Positions 60,977 through 64,000 of a stretch of 64,000 nucleotides of DNA are shown here, piece by piece (within the stretch, counting starts at the first letter, position 1; each line of letters begins with the position of its first letter). Source of the stretch: a virus; the IMG/VR virus record IMGVR_UViG_3300010885_020782, positions 1-64,000 of that record, one strand, 5' to 3'. Under the pieces are notes generated by a model, which was given only the letters and a program-made list of their open reading frames with translations, did no database searches and was not told the origin of the DNA. The translations under genes and the position numbers were made by a program.

Positions 60977-61267
60977 TTAACCTACCTTATATTCTTTTAT
61001 GTATTCTTTTAAAGCATCAATGCCAATGGCATCTCCAGCCTTTTCCGATTCGTCATAAACAGAAATAAACTTTGAATCTATAAAATAAATTTCGTCATTT
61101 TCATCTTCTTCTGGAGTCGGTCCTGTCATCTCATTCCAGTTACCGTCTTCACGATAAAAAAGACCTTCGTCAGACCTATAGAAAATAGTGACAACTTCAT
61201 CTAGTTCAGGGTCCAACTGAGCCCATAGTGAATCTACATATTGTGGTTTGTCAGGTGTAAACGCCAT
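60977..61267 (-). CDS. Hypothetical acidic protein
   Basis: TAATG-coupled to the upstream small gene. Confidence 0.7.
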   Translation of the reverse strand: MAFTPDKPQYVDSLWAQLDPELDEVVTIFYRSDEGLFYREDGNWNEMTGPTPEEDENDEIYFIDSKFISVYDESEKAGDAIGIDALKEYIKEYKVG

Positions 61268-61443
61268 TACTTCATCTCCTTAAGGTCTTCTTCAGTTGGC
61301 TCTGGTTCGCCTTCAGTTTCAGCAAGTTGTCCAACTGCTTCATCATCGGCGCCATAAGCAGGTTCCCACTCCTCTTTAAGCGATTCAATTCGCTCTGGAG
61401 TCAGTTCTGCATCTGTGTATAACTTTTCAAACTCGATAGTCAT
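61267..61443 (-). CDS. 58-aa acidic protein missing from the ORF track (MTIEFEKLYTDAELTPERIESLKEEWEPAYGADDEAVGQLAETEGEPEPTEEDLKEMK)
   Basis: AGGAGA RBS, ATG at 61443, TAA overlapping the next ATG. Confidence 0.75.
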   Translation of the reverse strand: MTIEFEKLYTDAELTPERIESLKEEWEPAYGADDEAVGQLAETEGEPEPTEEDLKEMK

Positions 61444-61453
61444 TTTATCTCTC

Positions 61454-64000
61454 CTATTCCTTGTTCTCGTCAGCGATTTCTTTACCAGTTTTGCCGTATT
61501 TACCTACGCCAGAACCTGGTTTCTTGCCTTCAAGAATGTATTCAAGAATCTGACTAGCACCGCCAGCAGCCTTGAAAATCATTTCTCTATCATTTCTTAG
61601 GGCCTTTAGCCATGATTGAACATATGCAGCAGTGTGCTTTGTGTCAAGGTCAAGACCGAGTTTAGCACCAATCATTGCAGCAGCAATTTCTGCCATAAGT
61701 TCTTCTGTTGCTCTATTTGGACCAGAAGGATTGCCCATAGATGTTTCAGTTTTAATTCTGTCAAATAAATCTGAACGGTCTAAGCGGTCTTTATGACCTG
61801 AACTGTGTGAAAGTTCGTGAAGAAGTGTCTTAATATATCCTGCTTGGTCTTCTCCATACTGACCACGCTCAGGCATAGTAATTCCATCAGACTCCCAGTT
61901 GTAATGAGGAGCGCTTCCAGGTGCCATCGAGACAAACTCAATTTCAGGATGGTCCTTGTAGAGTTTAAGAATTTCTGCTTCTGCCTCTGACATAGGAACT
62001 GGAACTAGTTCTGGAATTTCAGGAAGAATTAAATTATCAAACTGGTCTACGTTGTAAACCTGTAGGAATGAAGAAGATGATTTTCTAAAGTATGCAACTT
62101 CAGTAGTATCTTTTCCAGCAGCATCTTTTTTAAATACTGGCCCACCTGGCTGATAAAGAAGAATGTCAGTTGGCTTAGCGCCATCCTTCAACACTCCTCC
62201 CATTTCGGAGGCTTGCTTCTTACCTAACCAGCGATTGCTTGAGAAGCCACCGCGGTCTTGAGCATATGCCAAGATGAATAAGTTAATGCCGTTATATTGC
62301 TTCTTTGTTAAAGGATTAAATGGAAGGCTGCCAAGCATTGCTTTCCACTTTGCTTCCCAAGGAAGAACGCCATTTTCAATATCAGCAAATATGTCATCAA
62401 GAAGTTGTTGCTTTATATCTTCAACTTTCTTTTCTTTCCATGCTTTCTTGTCGTCGTCAGAGAACTTAGTTTTCTTTACGACTTCTTTTTGCTCTGGCAA
62501 ATCTTCTTCAGAAGGTGTAGCCTGGTTTAAACGAGTTCCTTCAGATGAAGAAGGAGTTTCGGTTGACTCTTCGTATTCTAATTTAGGAGGTCTTTGATTT
62601 CTAGGTCCTTCAAATGCCTTTGGAATCTCTCCATTAGGGCCAACAGGGAATACGTTGTTTGCTTGCCACTTACGAATAACTCCATTTGGATGCTCTTCTG
62701 AAGGTGGGAATTGAACAAAGATAAAGTCTAGATATACAACACCATCACGAACATCTCCACCATGCTTTTGGTCGCCAGAGAAGTTAATAACTGTTCCAAC
62801 CTGGTTTCCAACCTTGTCACGGAAGTTCTGAGAAACGTGAACTACTCGTGTAGCCTCTGCAAATCCAACTTCATCTGCTGGCTTTAATTGATTACCCATA
62901 CGGTCTTCATAACGACCAGCATTGGCACGAGCCTGTGGATTAAGTTTTACAGCAGCATCAACAATTACGCGGTCACTGTAGCGAGAACTTCTCTTTCCAT
63001 AACCACGGCCTTTTCTCTTGCTCTTTTCAGCATCTTCTGGCGCGGCTGCTCTCTTGTTTGCTTCCTCTGTTGTCTGGTCTTCAATGCCAGGACGACGTGG
63101 GTTTGTGATGTCAGAGCCTTTGTCAAATTTACGCTCGTAAATGTTTCCGTCTCGTGGGTCACGAACGCGGAATAGCAACTTACCTTTTTCAGTTGGATGT
63201 TGATAAATCTCAACAATTTCTTCATAAACTTTATTAACATTGTGCTTAATAAAGTCACCAACCTGTAGGTCTTTTGCATCTGTATTAGGGAGCAAACCTG
63301 TAGAATCAAGAATAGCATCGTTACTGATACGAATTGCATCCAACTCTGCTTGACGCTCTGGACTAACCTTGCGTGGTTTAGAAGACTTCTTTCCTAAATC
63401 TTCAGGAACTTCTGCTGAAGAATATGCATCTGCTGAACGACTAATGAACTCGCGTCCACTTGATTCTGCTTCTGAGCGAGAGGTGTGAACTGTCTTTTGG
63501 ACATCAATAACATCTCCATCTGAATCTATAAGAGCAGAGTCTGATGTGTATTCAGGCTTATCTTTATCTGGAGATGATGGAGTAATTTGAATGTCTCCAG
63601 TAAATCCACCAGGCAAATCTGAGATTTCAACACGCTGAGGAGCACTGTCAGCGTTGGCTGGAACTGTTCCACGAGATACAGGAGTATCTTCTTGCTTAGT
63701 GGCTTCTTCGCCTTGCTCCTTGGCTTTCTGTGCCTCTGTAGAACGAACATGGTCTTGAATAAGAGCCTTACCTTCAGCCTCAGCGCCTTCACGAGTGCGA
63801 TATGAGTCTTCTACCTGATATGCAACATCCCCGTTGTCATCAAAGAATGTAGCAACCATCTTGTATCTACCATCTTCTGATGGCTCAACCTTAACAGTTG
63901 CACTTCCTGTAGAAACTGGAACGTATTGATTAGATGACTCACCGTCAGTGGCACTGTCATTAATTGGAGAATCTGTCGTATCTTCTGGAAGAAGCAAGTC
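61454..64000 (-). CDS. 5'-truncated giant polyvalent protein ending in an ArdC-like ssDNA-binding domain plus a zincin (HExxH) metallopeptidase
   Basis: Frame open at nt 64000; LPWEAKW...NPLTKKQYNGINLFIL...RWL...GG.L..GAK; TLLHELSHSSGH..RL.R; EELMAEIAAA; AAYVQSWLKAL.ND. Confidence 0.88.
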   Translation of the reverse strand, partial: DLLLPEDTTDSPINDSATDGESSNQYVPVSTGSATVKVEPSEDGRYKMVATFFDDNGDVAYQVEDSYRTREGAEAEGKALIQDHVRSTEAQKAKEQGEEATKQEDTPVSRGTVPANADSAPQRVEISDLPGGFTGDIQITPSSPDKDKPEYTSDSALIDSDGDVIDVQKTVHTSRSEAESSGREFISRSADAYSSAEVPEDLGKKSSKPRKVSPERQAELDAIRISNDAILDSTGLLPNTDAKDLQVGDFIKHNVNKVYEEIVEIYQHPTEKGKLLFRVRDPRDGNIYERKFDKGSDITNPRRPGIEDQTTEEANKRAAAPEDAEKSKRKGRGYGKRSSRYSDRVIVDAAVKLNPQARANAGRYEDRMGNQLKPADEVGFAEATRVVHVSQNFRDKVGNQVGTVINFSGDQKHGGDVRDGVVYLDFIFVQFPPSEEHPNGVIRKWQANNVFPVGPNGEIPKAFEGPRNQRPPKLEYEESTETPSSSEGTRLNQATPSEEDLPEQKEVVKKTKFSDDDKKAWKEKKVEDIKQQLLDDIFADIENGVLPWEAKWKAMLGSLPFNPLTKKQYNGINLFILAYAQDRGGFSSNRWLGKKQASEMGGVLKDGAKPTDILLYQPGGPVFKKDAAGKDTTEVAYFRKSSSSFLQVYNVDQFDNLILPEIPELVPVPMSEAEAEILKLYKDHPEIEFVSMAPGSAPHYNWESDGITMPERGQYGEDQAGYIKTLLHELSHSSGHKDRLDRSDLFDRIKTETSMGNPSGPNRATEELMAEIAAAMIGAKLGLDLDTKHTAAYVQSWLKALRNDREMIFKAAGGASQILEYILEGKKPGSGVGKYGKTGKEIADENKE

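Overview
The whole window is part of one large, tailed dsDNA phage genome. It has a siphovirus-type tail (tape measure, Dit, tail tube) and about 40-45% GC by eye. The host is probably a low-GC actinobacterium such as the freshwater acI lineage. This is inferred from two WhiB genes, an actinobacterial-type secreted HNH nuclease, a PNGGSSL-motif membrane protein and a head module of actinophage style. Layout: (i) 1-2.9 kb (+) the end of a PPAEE-repeat membrane protein, a tandem-HTH gene and the large terminase; (ii) 2.9-6.4 kb (-) a secreted nuclease, a PrimPol-SF3 helicase and a small HTH gene; (iii) 6.6-27.7 kb (+) a metallophosphoesterase pair, four collagen-like fibre genes, a beta-propeller, further large virion proteins, then a GT2-TPR glycosyltransferase coupled to a methyltransferase; (iv) 27.7-39 kb (-) two WhiB genes, a GT-B-like protein, a Sak4/SSB/Cas4-like recombination trio, an SNF2 helicase, a RuvC-like nuclease, PolA and an AT-rich GT-A; (v) 39-64 kb (-) tail and head genes, a 1890-aa protease-containing head protein, and the C-terminal end of a giant ArdC/metallopeptidase protein. 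I saw no portal, endolysin, integrase, tRNA, rRNA or CRISPR array. Best leads: a probable virion-fibre glycosylation system (Thr-collagen plus GT2-TPR plus methyltransferase); a head polyprotein with a recurring hydrophobic-x-A-[SA]-[AG] boundary motif shared with the capsid precursor; an RBS-sequestering structured leader on the capsid gene; small beta modules inserted across many tail proteins; and an ArdC-tipped polyvalent protein inside the head operon. All annotations come from motif recognition by eye; no database searches were run.
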